A stretch of 64,000 bases of DNA from an uncultured bacterium (GTDB taxonomy: Bacteria > Hydrothermota > UBA3072). Location: the NCBI GenBank assembly GCA_964606065.1, contig CAZSEX010000003.1, positions 49,245-113,244 of the forward strand. Direction: 5' to 3'. The notes beneath the pieces were generated by a model that ran no database searches, was not told the origin of the DNA, and worked only from the letters and a program-made list of their open reading frames with translations. The position numbers and the translations under genes were made by a program. Positions 1 through 9,787 of this stretch are shown in pieces (within the stretch, counting starts at the first letter, position 1; each line of letters opens with the position of its first letter).

Positions 1-95
1 CTTCGCATAAAGGAAAAATTTTCGTCGATAGCAGGGAAGGAGAAGGAACCGAATTTACAATTGAATTACCTAAAAAAGGAGGAAATAATGGCTAA
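1..95 (+). CDS. Sensor histidine kinase, C-terminal fragment (HATPase_c end); 5' end lies outside the window
   Basis: Frame 3 translates to ...GKIFVDSREGEGTEFTIELPKKGGNNG*, the typical C-terminus of a histidine-kinase ATPase domain. The stop is at 93-95 and overlaps the next gene's start. Confidence 0.6.
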   Translation, partial: SHKGKIFVDSREGEGTEFTIELPKKGGNNG

Positions 96-486
96 AGTTT
101 TAGTGGCTGATGATGTCCCTTCTATTTTATATCTCTTTAAAGAATTTTTCAAACTCAAAGGTTTTGAGGTAGACACAGCGGATAACGGTTTTGAAGTTAG
201 CAAGAAACTCGGCAAAAACAACTATCATCTTTTAGTTCTTGATATTAAGATGGGAGGAAAACACGGATTGGAAGTTCTCCAGAACTTAATCGAGCGGGGT
301 CATAAACTTCCGGTAATTATTTGCACCGCGTATGAACACTTAAAAGAAGACGTAGAAATTATTGCTAAAGACAAATTAGACGTGGATTTCATAACCAAAC
401 CTCCGGATTTAGAACTTCTCTGGGAGAAAGTAGTTCGGTTGCTGAAAAAAAATGCAATTAGAGAAGAAGTGGGAAAAAATAACTGA
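88..486 (+). CDS. Single-domain response regulator (CheY-like receiver)
   Basis: MAKVLVADD...LLVLDIKMGG matches the receiver-domain acidic pocket and phospho-Asp context. SD aaaggagg lies 6 nt upstream of the ATG at 88. The track ORF 61-486 probably starts too early. Confidence 0.8.
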   Translation: MAKVLVADDVPSILYLFKEFFKLKGFEVDTADNGFEVSKKLGKNNYHLLVLDIKMGGKHGLEVLQNLIERGHKLPVIICTAYEHLKEDVEIIAKDKLDVDFITKPPDLELLWEKVVRLLKKNAIREEVGKNN

Positions 487-1951
487 AAGCGAGAATCTAA
501 ACGAACTTTTGAAAAGGATTCTCGATCTTTCTCAAGAAGTCCTTCAAAGTGAAGCCGCCACGTTATTTCTCGTGGATCATAATACCGGAGAATTAGTATT
601 TAAGATTGTAAAGGGTCCCGAAGCCGGTAAATTGCAGGGAAAAAGAATAAAAATCGGGGAAGGAATAGCCGGTAGAACCGCCATAGAAGGAAAGTCTTTT
701 GTTGTTAACAGGCCAAAGAGTTCCGGATACGCGGATCAATTTGATAAACAAACCGGTTTTAACACCGAATCTCTGCTTGCCGCCCCTCTTATTATAGACG
801 GAGAAACAATCGGAGTAATCGAGGTAATTAATAGCCGTGGTGGTAAATACAACGAAAGAAGTAAAGAAATAATAGAACAGCTTGCGGCTCAGGTTTCCTC
901 TGGACTCAAAATGACTCTTCTCAGTGAAAGACTTTCAAAATCCGAAGAGTTCCTAAATTCAATCATAAACTCTTTACCTGGAGGTATAATAATTTTAGAC
1001 GAAGAAGGAATCATAACAAAATCTAACCCGACAGCAGAAGAAATGCTTTCAATAAAAAACATTGAGGGAGAATATCTCGAGGCAATTTTACCTCACCGCG
1101 AAATATTTACAAATATAAAATCTATCGAAAACAGGGGAAGCTTCGAAGCTGTCATCCGAAAAAACGGAAAAGAAAATCATTTAAATTTCGAATTATCTAA
1201 AGCTAAAGAAATAAGTTCTTCCGGTATAGAAAAAGAATATTCGATCATTCAGATTAACGACATTACAGAAAGGGTAGAACTAAACAGGTTAAAATACTTG
1301 CAGGAAATAAACGCAAATTTTGTACTCGGTTTATCGCATCGTCTGAGAACGCCTCTTACCCCTATTCTCGGTTTATCGAGCCTTTTAAAAAACCGGGAGG
1401 ATCTTCCGGAAAATCTTAAAGAAACGGCAGAAACAATTTACGATTCGGCTATGGAAATGAAAGATATGGTAGAAAAACTTCTGGATATAGCTGAGATTGG
1501 CACGGAAAAAACAATCAAGACAGATGAAAAAATAAATTTTATCTCGGTCCTGGATTTAATTACTAAAAATTTCGTTAATTTTCACATAAAGGCTGATACC
1601 GAAAACAAGAATTTGTTCATCTATGGTAATTACAACTGGCTGGCTAAATCGCTCAGACAATTATTCGCCATCGGTTTAAAGAATGATAGCAAAAATTTAC
1701 GAGTTGAATTAGAAGAAAAAAAAGATAGTTTATATCTTAACCTTAAAGGTTCTAAATCTTTGATAGACGATTTTTCCGCTCTGGAAAACACGCCTATTCT
1801 TTCATTCGATAATCCCCTAACGGGAAATTCGGACATTAAATATTTAGATATTTCTCTTATCAGGTTAATTCTGAATAAACATAACGTTAAAATCACAGTA
1901 AAAGAAGACAAACTATTGCTTTCTTTAGGCTTCAAAAAAGCAAAATCATAA
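452..1951 (+). CDS. GAF-PAS-HisKA sensor protein with a degenerate C-terminal ATPase-like region
   Basis: GAF-like N-terminus, PAS-like middle (LPGGIIILDEEGIITKSNPTAEEML) and H-box LGLSHRLRTPLTPILGL. The C-terminus lacks clear G1 (DxGxG) and G2 (GxGLGL) boxes. Confidence 0.7.
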   Translation: MQLEKKWEKITESENLNELLKRILDLSQEVLQSEAATLFLVDHNTGELVFKIVKGPEAGKLQGKRIKIGEGIAGRTAIEGKSFVVNRPKSSGYADQFDKQTGFNTESLLAAPLIIDGETIGVIEVINSRGGKYNERSKEIIEQLAAQVSSGLKMTLLSERLSKSEEFLNSIINSLPGGIIILDEEGIITKSNPTAEEMLSIKNIEGEYLEAILPHREIFTNIKSIENRGSFEAVIRKNGKENHLNFELSKAKEISSSGIEKEYSIIQINDITERVELNRLKYLQEINANFVLGLSHRLRTPLTPILGLSSLLKNREDLPENLKETAETIYDSAMEMKDMVEKLLDIAEIGTEKTIKTDEKINFISVLDLITKNFVNFHIKADTENKNLFIYGNYNWLAKSLRQLFAIGLKNDSKNLRVELEEKKDSLYLNLKGSKSLIDDFSALENTPILSFDNPLTGNSDIKYLDISLIRLILNKHNVKITVKEDKLLLSLGFKKAKS

Positions 1952-1967
1952 ATTAAAGCGTCCAAAA

Positions 1968-3539
1968 TTAATAAAGAAAAGTACTCCCACCTATAAATTC
2001 TCTTAAAATAGAAGTTTGAGGTATCTCTTTCTCTGGAATATTCAGGAAATGGTCAAGAAAATTTAAAAGCCTGAGAGCTTCGCAATAATAAGGCGAACCA
2101 GTAGAAACACATCTCAAAGGTGTTTCCAGGAAAACTTTCAATACGGAAAGCTCATAAACAAGAGATGAATTAAACATAACATCTGCCCTTTCCTGATAAG
2201 GGAAAACAAACTGATCCTCACCCTCTTTAACTGATTCCCATTGTTTCAGAGTGTGTTCCGCATTATATCCCCTATACCTCGTATCTCTAAAAACCCTCCT
2301 CAAAAGCCGGAGGTCCCGGGTTGGTATTCTGTTAATTCTGTTAATATTCAACTGAGTAAGAGGTGAAACATATATTAGAAAAGTTTTTAGAGAAATGTTT
2401 TTCATTAATGCCGGATTGAAACAATGCAAACCCTCTATTATAAGTATATTATTTTCCTGTAAATCAAAGACCTCCTGACTTTTTTCTCTTTTACCCGTTT
2501 TAAAATTAAAATACTGCCTTTCCACTTTTTTCCCTTTGCTCAAATCATTTACATGTTTTCTAAACAGATCGATATCCAGAGCAGAAAAGGAATCGAAAAA
2601 ATGCGTCCCGTCTTTATAGTAAGGTGTTTTATCCCTTTCAAAAAAGTAGTCGTCGAGTGACATATAAACCGGTTCAATTCCGTGTACACGCAGGTGAATA
2701 CCAAGCCTCTTTGAAAAAGTGGTTTTACCCGAAGAAGAGGGTCCGGCTATCAAAACAGCCTTGATATTTTCCCCTTCTTTAAGTATTCTCTTACAAATAT
2801 CAGTTATCTTTTCGCTGTGAATAACCTCGGCTATCTTCAAAATGTCCGATATTTCGCTTCTAATTATATAATGGTTAAGCTGAGAGACATCCCAGATTTT
2901 CAAGATTTCCGCTTCTTTTCTTGCTTCTCTATAAGCATTAAACAGCTTTTCTCTCTTCTCGATTTTTCCTATACTGGAGGGGTCTTCTTTGGAAGGAAGA
3001 ATCAACAAAAACCCCCCTTTTACAGATTTCAAGTCGAAAGTGGAAAGGAATCCGGTGTTAGGAAGTAAAGGTCCGGCAAAGTAAGCGGAAAAACCATCTA
3101 TTTTATAAACAGGGATATAGGATGCCGCTAAATTTTTAAGAATATTTATATCATCTTCTCTTCCCGAAAGATAATGCATGGCTTCCAACTTCGGCAGCAT
3201 TACTTTTTCTATATTCTTGTTTTCTCTTATAAGAGCATTCACTTTTTTCTTGATTGTCCTTAAATTTAAAGGGCCCTTGAGGAATCTCCCGAAAATGGCA
3301 TTCCCGTATGAATGCTCTATTTTAATTGTAACTCCTTTTTCCTTGCAAACATAATCGAGTAAAAAAACAAGCGTTCTTTCGTAAGTTCTCATCCCTTCGG
3401 TATCCCCCAGATCGAGAAATTCGACCGAACTTCCTTCTGGTGCGCTGTTCTGAAGTGAAATATACTGATTATCTACTTTAGCTAATGTTACAGGAAACTG
3501 TAACTCGGGATATTCGTCAAGTATTTTTCGGCTCATCAA
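1968..3539 (-). CDS. Uridine kinase / phosphoribulokinase-family nucleoside kinase with N-terminal ThrRS/TGS-like extension
   Basis: P-loop AGPSSSGKTTFSKRLG, plus the PRK/UDK signatures DDYFF, ILIIEGLH and LRLLRRVFRDTRYRG. Its start overlaps the stop of the upstream GGDEF gene. Confidence 0.65.
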   Translation of the reverse strand: MMSRKILDEYPELQFPVTLAKVDNQYISLQNSAPEGSSVEFLDLGDTEGMRTYERTLVFLLDYVCKEKGVTIKIEHSYGNAIFGRFLKGPLNLRTIKKKVNALIRENKNIEKVMLPKLEAMHYLSGREDDINILKNLAASYIPVYKIDGFSAYFAGPLLPNTGFLSTFDLKSVKGGFLLILPSKEDPSSIGKIEKREKLFNAYREARKEAEILKIWDVSQLNHYIIRSEISDILKIAEVIHSEKITDICKRILKEGENIKAVLIAGPSSSGKTTFSKRLGIHLRVHGIEPVYMSLDDYFFERDKTPYYKDGTHFFDSFSALDIDLFRKHVNDLSKGKKVERQYFNFKTGKREKSQEVFDLQENNILIIEGLHCFNPALMKNISLKTFLIYVSPLTQLNINRINRIPTRDLRLLRRVFRDTRYRGYNAEHTLKQWESVKEGEDQFVFPYQERADVMFNSSLVYELSVLKVFLETPLRCVSTGSPYYCEALRLLNFLDHFLNIPEKEIPQTSILREFIGGSTFLY

Positions 3540-5088
3540 TCAAAGAGATTGCTTTTTCCACATTTATATACGCTATATTGTTTCTTCCTCTACCTTTTAC
3601 ATAATACATTGCCAGATCCGAAAGCCTCAGCAAATCATAGAAATTTCCGCTATCCATAGGATAGCAGGCTATACCAAAACTTGCCTTAATTTTAACTTTT
3701 ATTGTTTTTTTCTCATCTTTTATGCGGAATGTTTTTGTTGATATTGCATCTTTAAGTTCCTTTGTGAAATCGATTGCCTGTTTTAAATCCATCTTACGCA
3801 GAACTATAACGTACTCATCGCCACCGTAGCGGATTCCTACGTGTTGCCTGTTTTTTATCTTGCCTTGAATTTCTTTGCCCACGAGCCGCAACAACTTGCT
3901 TCCTATCAAGTGGTTGTAACTATCGTTAACATTTTTAAAATGATCCAGATCCATAAAAACCACGGCTCCTTTCCCCTCCTCTTCTTTCCATTTGTTAACA
4001 ATTGCAGGCAGGTATTCATTACAATAACGCGAGTTATACAAATCCGTAAGTTCGTCAGTAATGGTAGCCAGTCTTATTTTTTCATAAAGCCTGGCATTGT
4101 CGATAGCTATGCCAAGCTGGTAAGAAACCTCTTTGATTATTTTAGCCTCTTCTTTATTAAACGCGTATTTTTCAGGAGAACCTATAACCGTTACCCCGAT
4201 CAGTTTATCTCCCTTTTTGATTGGAATAACCATTTCGGACTTAAATTCTGCACTAAGCTCTTTAAATTTTTTACTTTTTTCCGTGTCCTGACAAATAACC
4301 ATTTCCTGCTCTTTCAACACTTCTCCAATCAGACCTTTACTCTTTAGAATTTTTTTCTCCGGCTCAACCTTTCCTTTTCCCGAAAACCCTTTTAACACCA
4401 CATAGGAACCTTCCTCGAGAGCTATTCCCACAAAATAGTAATCAAACGCTTTCTGAATTAACTCCGCACTCTTTTTCAAAAGCTTATTGAGATCAAGAAT
4501 AGAAGTAATTGTTTTGTTAATATCAAAAATAAGCGTTAATTGACCAACCTTAGATTTGAGATTTTGAACCAGATTAGCATTCTCAAGCGCGATAGCCGCA
4601 TGTTCAGCGTAATTGTTTACCAGATTCAAATCCTTTTCATTAAAAGGTTTCCCTCCTTTTTTATTTATAGCTTCTATTATACCCAATATCTTTCCCTTAC
4701 TGATTAAAGGGACAGAAAGAATGGTTCTGGTTACAAAACCCGTTTGCTTATCTATGTTCTGGAAAAATCTTTTATCTTCATAAGGATTGGTTACAATCGC
4801 AGGTTTTTTGTTTTTTACAGTCCAACCAACGACACCTTTATTGAGAGGCATCCTTTCCCCTTCTAATTTATCCTTCTTTTCTCCTATTACTTCTTTAAAA
4901 ACGAGCTCCTCTCTTTCCTTGTCCAATAAAAGCAAAGACCATGCTTCTGCATCAAGGAGACGGGAAACATTCTTCATTATCAGCTTAAGCACCTCATCGA
5001 TTTCGATATCAGGCGAATTAATCGCCTTCAGAATTTCTCCGAAGTCCTCGATTTCATTCTTCATCTTTTTCCTCAGGTACAACTTCAT
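3517..5088 (-). CDS. GAF-GAF-GGDEF diguanylate cyclase (GGDEY variant of the active-site motif)
   Basis: Two GAF-like regions followed by the GGDEF domain (VVFMDLDHFKNVND...RYGGDEYVIVL). It overlaps the upstream cyclase gene's 3' end. Confidence 0.8.
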   Translation of the reverse strand: MKLYLRKKMKNEIEDFGEILKAINSPDIEIDEVLKLIMKNVSRLLDAEAWSLLLLDKEREELVFKEVIGEKKDKLEGERMPLNKGVVGWTVKNKKPAIVTNPYEDKRFFQNIDKQTGFVTRTILSVPLISKGKILGIIEAINKKGGKPFNEKDLNLVNNYAEHAAIALENANLVQNLKSKVGQLTLIFDINKTITSILDLNKLLKKSAELIQKAFDYYFVGIALEEGSYVVLKGFSGKGKVEPEKKILKSKGLIGEVLKEQEMVICQDTEKSKKFKELSAEFKSEMVIPIKKGDKLIGVTVIGSPEKYAFNKEEAKIIKEVSYQLGIAIDNARLYEKIRLATITDELTDLYNSRYCNEYLPAIVNKWKEEEGKGAVVFMDLDHFKNVNDSYNHLIGSKLLRLVGKEIQGKIKNRQHVGIRYGGDEYVIVLRKMDLKQAIDFTKELKDAISTKTFRIKDEKKTIKVKIKASFGIACYPMDSGNFYDLLRLSDLAMYYVKGRGRNNIAYINVEKAISLIDEPKNT

Positions 5089-7570
5089 AAATTATTTTAA
5101 CTCTTCCTTTTTTAATCTCAAGTTCTCCTTCCTCATTAATAGCAAGACTCAAATCCTCAGGCATGTCGAATTTTAAAGCTTTTCTTTTATCCTGCTCATC
5201 TAAATTGTAAATACCAACGGGAGAAACACTAAAACCATCAAAGAAAAACGAACGGTCTTTATTTTCAGCTTTTAATATATAAAGAAGTTTATTAATAATT
5301 CCTTTTTCGGAGTCATCCTTTTCAAGTGGTTCTGTAAGCAAATAGTCATCCGAATTAAGTATTAAATTTATCAATGTATTATTGTCAATCAAGATAACCG
5401 AACGTTCAGGACTTCTCCCTGAAGAAAGCAACGCCGCTTCATCTACAAGTATCCCATTCAAATCAGGATCCCCAAAAGCATTAGGGGTAAAGATTAAATC
5501 CTTGCCGGGACTACCACTGGCAATTCCGATTCCAAGCCTAAACAACGACTTAAACTGAGGCGGCAACAAAGCGTAAGTTATTCCCTCGTGAAAGATTTCC
5601 TTTTCCGTTATTTCTCCAAACCATTCCCTGTATCTCACGTAATTTTCTTTAACGAATTTTTCGGCGGCTTTAACCATATTCAAAGCTGTTCTTATCGCCA
5701 TTTCGGCACTTTTCATGTGAGGTAATAGATTGAATTCGTCTTCAAGAGCCGTCGAATAGCGCACAATCGCACCCGATCTGGTCTTAGAAGTTTTGTAAAT
5801 ATTCCTGTAAAGTTTTTGAGAATTACTCCCAAACCATAGAATCCCTCCATCCCCGGTATCTTTCAATATAAAAGAAGAACCTTTTCTGGCAGCCTCAAAA
5901 ATACAGGATTGAAAAAGAGAAATAATAGACCTTTCTCTTTCGGCATCTCGCAATCTATGGGACATAAAAGTGGATCCTCTTATATCGTAAACAAGCGTGG
6001 CAACCAGAGAAGAAAATTTCTTCCGAAGAATCCTGGAAACCTTTTCTTTTAGCTCCATATCTTCTCTATCAATCTTCGGTTCAATCTTTCCCGCTTTGGA
6101 AAATCTGTAAAACTTCCCTCTCGGTAATAAATCCAACCCCACAAGGTGAATTATCCTGTCTCCGTTTATTCTCGATCTGGGGTTGTCGAAACCAACAGAA
6201 GGGGGCCATATTTCCACCATGTTACTAATAATATCTCGAACGTATATAACCTCAAGAATCTCATAAAAAACCATCTTGTAATTATATATTACTCTCTTGA
6301 TATCAGGGGAAAAAGATCTCTTTTGATCAGAGCCTAATTTAGAAAAAAGCTGATTGTCCTTCGATGTCTTTTCGGTCTTCCGCAAAAAACGAATAATAGC
6401 CCTTTCGGATGAAGGACTTATAATGGCTAAAAAAGGCTGGGCCTTCCAGAACTCCAACACAAGTTTTTCAATTTCCCATGAAGGGGCGGGGGGCAAAAAA
6501 GAAATCAAATCCTGCGGTTTAATACCCTGAAGAGCCCGGTTCTGGTCTATCTCATCTTTCAGGGCCGCACCGGAATCTTTAAGCTCTTGAACCATTCGAA
6601 GGTGCAATTTTAATGTTTCTTCAAGTTTAGTGATTTCTTCCTGAATCTTCGTGAGCGCCACAGATAAGTCCTGATTTTTAACATCTATTAAAGCCTGCAA
6701 TTTGTTAAGACTCTTTTGTAAAAATTTATTGGTTTCTTCCCGAACTTTCATGTCTTTTCCATCCAGACTTCTATCTCTTTCCACCAATTTCTTTTTTGCC
6801 TTCACCGCCTTCTGAGAAGCTATTTTAGCTAAAGTTTGCAAAACATTTTTAGAAGGAACAAAGAATTTTTCAAAAGGAAAATTTCTTAAAGATCGCATAT
6901 TGGTTATTTCAGAATTCTTGAAAAGAGAAATAATATCACTAGATTCTCTCTCTGTAAAATTTTCTATCAAAATATCGTGTATTTTCATAAAAACCGATGG
7001 CGTAAATCCATATCCGGCAAGAGAACGTTCAAAATCTACGAGGCTTAAATTTCGAACGGGAAACCCCGCAAAAAAGCATTCTTTTGTTATCAATTTCGTA
7101 AAAGGTTTTATTTTCTGCTCAGGTATCCCCTCCAAAAGGACATTGACAAGTTTTGTGCCAACCTTCTGAGCCTCACGAAAACTTCCGATTAATTCATTCG
7201 GATATAATTTGATCAATAAGGATAAAAGTATTACAAAAAAATGTTCACCTTTATCTAAAGCATTGAGAAATAAATCGCACAAAAATTTCTTGTCCTTTTT
7301 ATACAGCTTATCTTCCTTTATTCTGACAAATATGTCCCTGAGATAGGCAAGTTCTCCTTTTTCGATTTCAACAAATATTTTCACTCTGTGAGCGGCGACA
7401 AAATCCGAAAAGGTTGTTTTAATAGATCGGGGTTTGAAATACTGCGTTAAAAGTTTTTTATAGTATCTAAAGAGACTTTTCTCTCCAACGCTTTCTTCAA
7501 GAGTATCAAGAAGCTTGCTTTCGTACGTACTGGCAATTTCTAAATACGCCGGACTGAACTTTTCTTTCAT
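5054..7570 (-). CDS. 838-aa protein with C-terminal class III adenylate/guanylate-type nucleotidyl cyclase catalytic domain; large N-terminal region of unknown function with a coiled coil
   Basis: VYDIRGSTFM, ILKDTGDGGILWFG and FRLGIGIASGSPGKDLIFTPNAFGDPDLNGILVDEAALL match the CHD pattern (fxDIxGFT / KtIGDaym / RiGihxG...dvwGdxVNxAsR). The start ATG overlaps the pyrC stop (ATGA). Confidence 0.6.
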   Translation of the reverse strand: MKEKFSPAYLEIASTYESKLLDTLEESVGEKSLFRYYKKLLTQYFKPRSIKTTFSDFVAAHRVKIFVEIEKGELAYLRDIFVRIKEDKLYKKDKKFLCDLFLNALDKGEHFFVILLSLLIKLYPNELIGSFREAQKVGTKLVNVLLEGIPEQKIKPFTKLITKECFFAGFPVRNLSLVDFERSLAGYGFTPSVFMKIHDILIENFTERESSDIISLFKNSEITNMRSLRNFPFEKFFVPSKNVLQTLAKIASQKAVKAKKKLVERDRSLDGKDMKVREETNKFLQKSLNKLQALIDVKNQDLSVALTKIQEEITKLEETLKLHLRMVQELKDSGAALKDEIDQNRALQGIKPQDLISFLPPAPSWEIEKLVLEFWKAQPFLAIISPSSERAIIRFLRKTEKTSKDNQLFSKLGSDQKRSFSPDIKRVIYNYKMVFYEILEVIYVRDIISNMVEIWPPSVGFDNPRSRINGDRIIHLVGLDLLPRGKFYRFSKAGKIEPKIDREDMELKEKVSRILRKKFSSLVATLVYDIRGSTFMSHRLRDAERERSIISLFQSCIFEAARKGSSFILKDTGDGGILWFGSNSQKLYRNIYKTSKTRSGAIVRYSTALEDEFNLLPHMKSAEMAIRTALNMVKAAEKFVKENYVRYREWFGEITEKEIFHEGITYALLPPQFKSLFRLGIGIASGSPGKDLIFTPNAFGDPDLNGILVDEAALLSSGRSPERSVILIDNNTLINLILNSDDYLLTEPLEKDDSEKGIINKLLYILKAENKDRSFFFDGFSVSPVGIYNLDEQDKRKALKFDMPEDLSLAINEEGELEIKKGRVKIIYEVVPEEKDEE

Positions 7571-8850
7571 TTTTTCTTTTTCTTAAAATCACCGTTCTCA
7601 AAAACGGTTCGCCCGTCAACTATACAGTACTTAACTACTCCCTCCAATTTCCATCCCAGAAAAGGAGAGTTTTTCGATTTTGAAGCAAAAACGTCGGCGG
7701 CAACCTTCCAATTACTCTTTAGATCTACAATCGTAAAATCCGCTATTGCTCCTTCTTTTATCTCTCCAAACGGAAGATTAAATATCCTTGCGGGCGAAGA
7801 TGTCAAAACCTTAATTAATACGTTGAGAGAAATTTTACCCTTCTTGACCAATTCCGTGTACAATACCGCGAAAGAAGTTTCCAGCCCCGTAACACCAAAA
7901 GCCGCCTCTGAAAACTCGATATCTTTTTTGTAATCCGGATGCGGAGCATGATCGGTTGCTACGATTTCTATTAAACCATCTTTTATCGCTCTTTGCAAAA
8001 CTTCAACATCATACATGGTTCTTAAAGGAGGTTTCATCTTCTTGTTTGAATCAAAATCCTTAATCAATTCGTCGCTCAAAAGTAAATGGTGAGGTGTAAC
8101 CTCTGAAGTTACTCTATCGTTTTTCCATTGTTTAATCAATTTAACCGAATCCGCAGCGGAAACATGCGCAAGGTGAACCCTTCCCCGGGTAAACTTAGAC
8201 AACAAAATATCTCTTGCCACAACTGTAGATTCAGATACATCGGGTATGCCTTTGAATCCTAATCCTGCAGAAACAGAACCTTCATGCATCTGACCTTTAT
8301 TGGAAAGAGAAATATCCTCAGGATGGTCAATTATAGGGACATCAAATAACTTAGAATATTCCAAAGCATTACGCATTATTCCTGAATTTCTCACACAATC
8401 TCCGTCATCACTGAAAGCAACACAACCTGCCTGATAAAGATGCGACATCTCCGAAAGTTCCTTACCCTCTCTTTCTTTTGTAATGGTCCCTATGGGGAAA
8501 ACCCTGCAAAGCCCTACTTCCTCGCTCTTTTCCTTTATAAAACGGGCGACGCCTTCATTATCAATCGGAGGATTCGTATTAGGCATAACACAAACAGATG
8601 TATAACCTCCTTTAACCGCAGCTTTAGAACCTGATTCTATAGTCTCCGCATCTTCCGCGCCAGGCTCACGAAAATGAGAGTGTACATCAACTAAACCAGG
8701 AAAGAGATATAATCCTTCCCCGTCAATTTCCTTTCTGGCTGAAGATCCTGTCCCCTTCACAACTTTCCCTTTATCAACCAACAGAGTTCCAACCTCGTCG
8801 ATACCGCTTAAAGGATCAAAAAGGTGTATATTTTTAATTTTTATGTCCAT
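7567..8850 (-). CDS. pyrC: Dihydroorotase
   Basis: DVHSHFREPG metal-binding signature and an amidohydrolase fold sequence. It is adjacent to pyrB. Confidence 0.9.
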   Translation of the reverse strand: MDIKIKNIHLFDPLSGIDEVGTLLVDKGKVVKGTGSSARKEIDGEGLYLFPGLVDVHSHFREPGAEDAETIESGSKAAVKGGYTSVCVMPNTNPPIDNEGVARFIKEKSEEVGLCRVFPIGTITKEREGKELSEMSHLYQAGCVAFSDDGDCVRNSGIMRNALEYSKLFDVPIIDHPEDISLSNKGQMHEGSVSAGLGFKGIPDVSESTVVARDILLSKFTRGRVHLAHVSAADSVKLIKQWKNDRVTSEVTPHHLLLSDELIKDFDSNKKMKPPLRTMYDVEVLQRAIKDGLIEIVATDHAPHPDYKKDIEFSEAAFGVTGLETSFAVLYTELVKKGKISLNVLIKVLTSSPARIFNLPFGEIKEGAIADFTIVDLKSNWKVAADVFASKSKNSPFLGWKLEGVVKYCIVDGRTVFENGDFKKKKK

Positions 8851-9787
8851 TTAATTTCCTCTGGGATAACAGATAAAGAACACTCATTCTCACGGCGACT
8901 CCCGTAGCCACCTGACTTAACACGAGAGAATATTCGGAATCCGCAATCCTCGACTCGATTTCGATTCCTCTGTTAATCGGTCCTGGATGCATTATAACAA
9001 CTTCTTTAGCTGCAAATTTTTTTAGCTTTTCATATGTAAGAGAGTAATCCTTTATATATTCACGGAGAGAAGGGAACAAACTTTCCCCCTGTCTTTCTTT
9101 TTGAATCCTTAAGATATAGAGAACTTCTCTCCCGGGTAGGGTTTTTTCCAGGCTAAACTCAAACTCGACTCCAAAAGATTCCATCCAAAGAGGCAAAAGA
9201 GTGGGCGGAGCACAGACAGTAATACGGGCTCCCATTTTATTAAGCCCTAAAACCAGAGAACGGGCAACCCTGGAATGCTTAATGTCCCCAATAATAGCTA
9301 TATTCAAATCTTTAAACACGGAAAATCTTTTCTTTAAAGTCATAATATCTATCAATGCCTGAGTTGGATGCTCGTGACATCCATCTCCGGCATTTATTAT
9401 AGAAGCTGTTAATTTCTTAGACAGAAAATGAGGGCTGCCAGGCGCGGAATGCCTTATGACTATTACATCTACTTCCATCGCCTGAATATTTTTCGCGGTA
9501 TCCAACAATGTTTCCCCTTTTAAAACCGAAGAGGATGCAGCTGAAAAGTTGATGGAATCAGCTGAGAGTCGTTTCTCGGCAAGAGCAAAAGAGTTTAATG
9601 TTCTCGTACTTGGTTCGAAGAAAAGGTTGGCCACTGTAATACCCCTAAGTGTAGGAGCTTTTTTAATCGGTCGTTTCAGGATTTCTTCCATATATTCGGC
9701 TGTTGTTATGATTTCTTCTATTTCTTCGTTCGACAGCCCCTGAATTCCAAGTAAATCTTTCCTATCCATTTTTATTTGAAACCTCAA
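8834..9787 (-). CDS. pyrB: Aspartate carbamoyltransferase catalytic subunit
   Basis: STRTLNSFALAEKRL, HPTQALIDIMT and HPGP motifs. The true start may be the internal MDRKDLLGIQ Met. Confidence 0.9.
   Translation of the reverse strand: MRFQIKMDRKDLLGIQGLSNEEIEEIITTAEYMEEILKRPIKKAPTLRGITVANLFFEPSTRTLNSFALAEKRLSADSINFSAASSSVLKGETLLDTAKNIQAMEVDVIVIRHSAPGSPHFLSKKLTASIINAGDGCHEHPTQALIDIMTLKKRFSVFKDLNIAIIGDIKHSRVARSLVLGLNKMGARITVCAPPTLLPLWMESFGVEFEFSLEKTLPGREVLYILRIQKERQGESLFPSLREYIKDYSLTYEKLKKFAAKEVVIMHPGPINRGIEIESRIADSEYSLVLSQVATGVAVRMSVLYLLSQRKLNGHKN

Noticed and set aside
3841-4347. 168-aa plus-strand ORF and similar antisense ORFs (e.g. 14866-15498, 35648-35935, 53475-53921, 60073-60482)
   Set aside because: All are antisense to strongly supported genes (GGDEF, mutS2, ffh, comM, MCP). 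AT-rich genomes give long antisense ORFs with Phe/Ile/Ser-rich translations.
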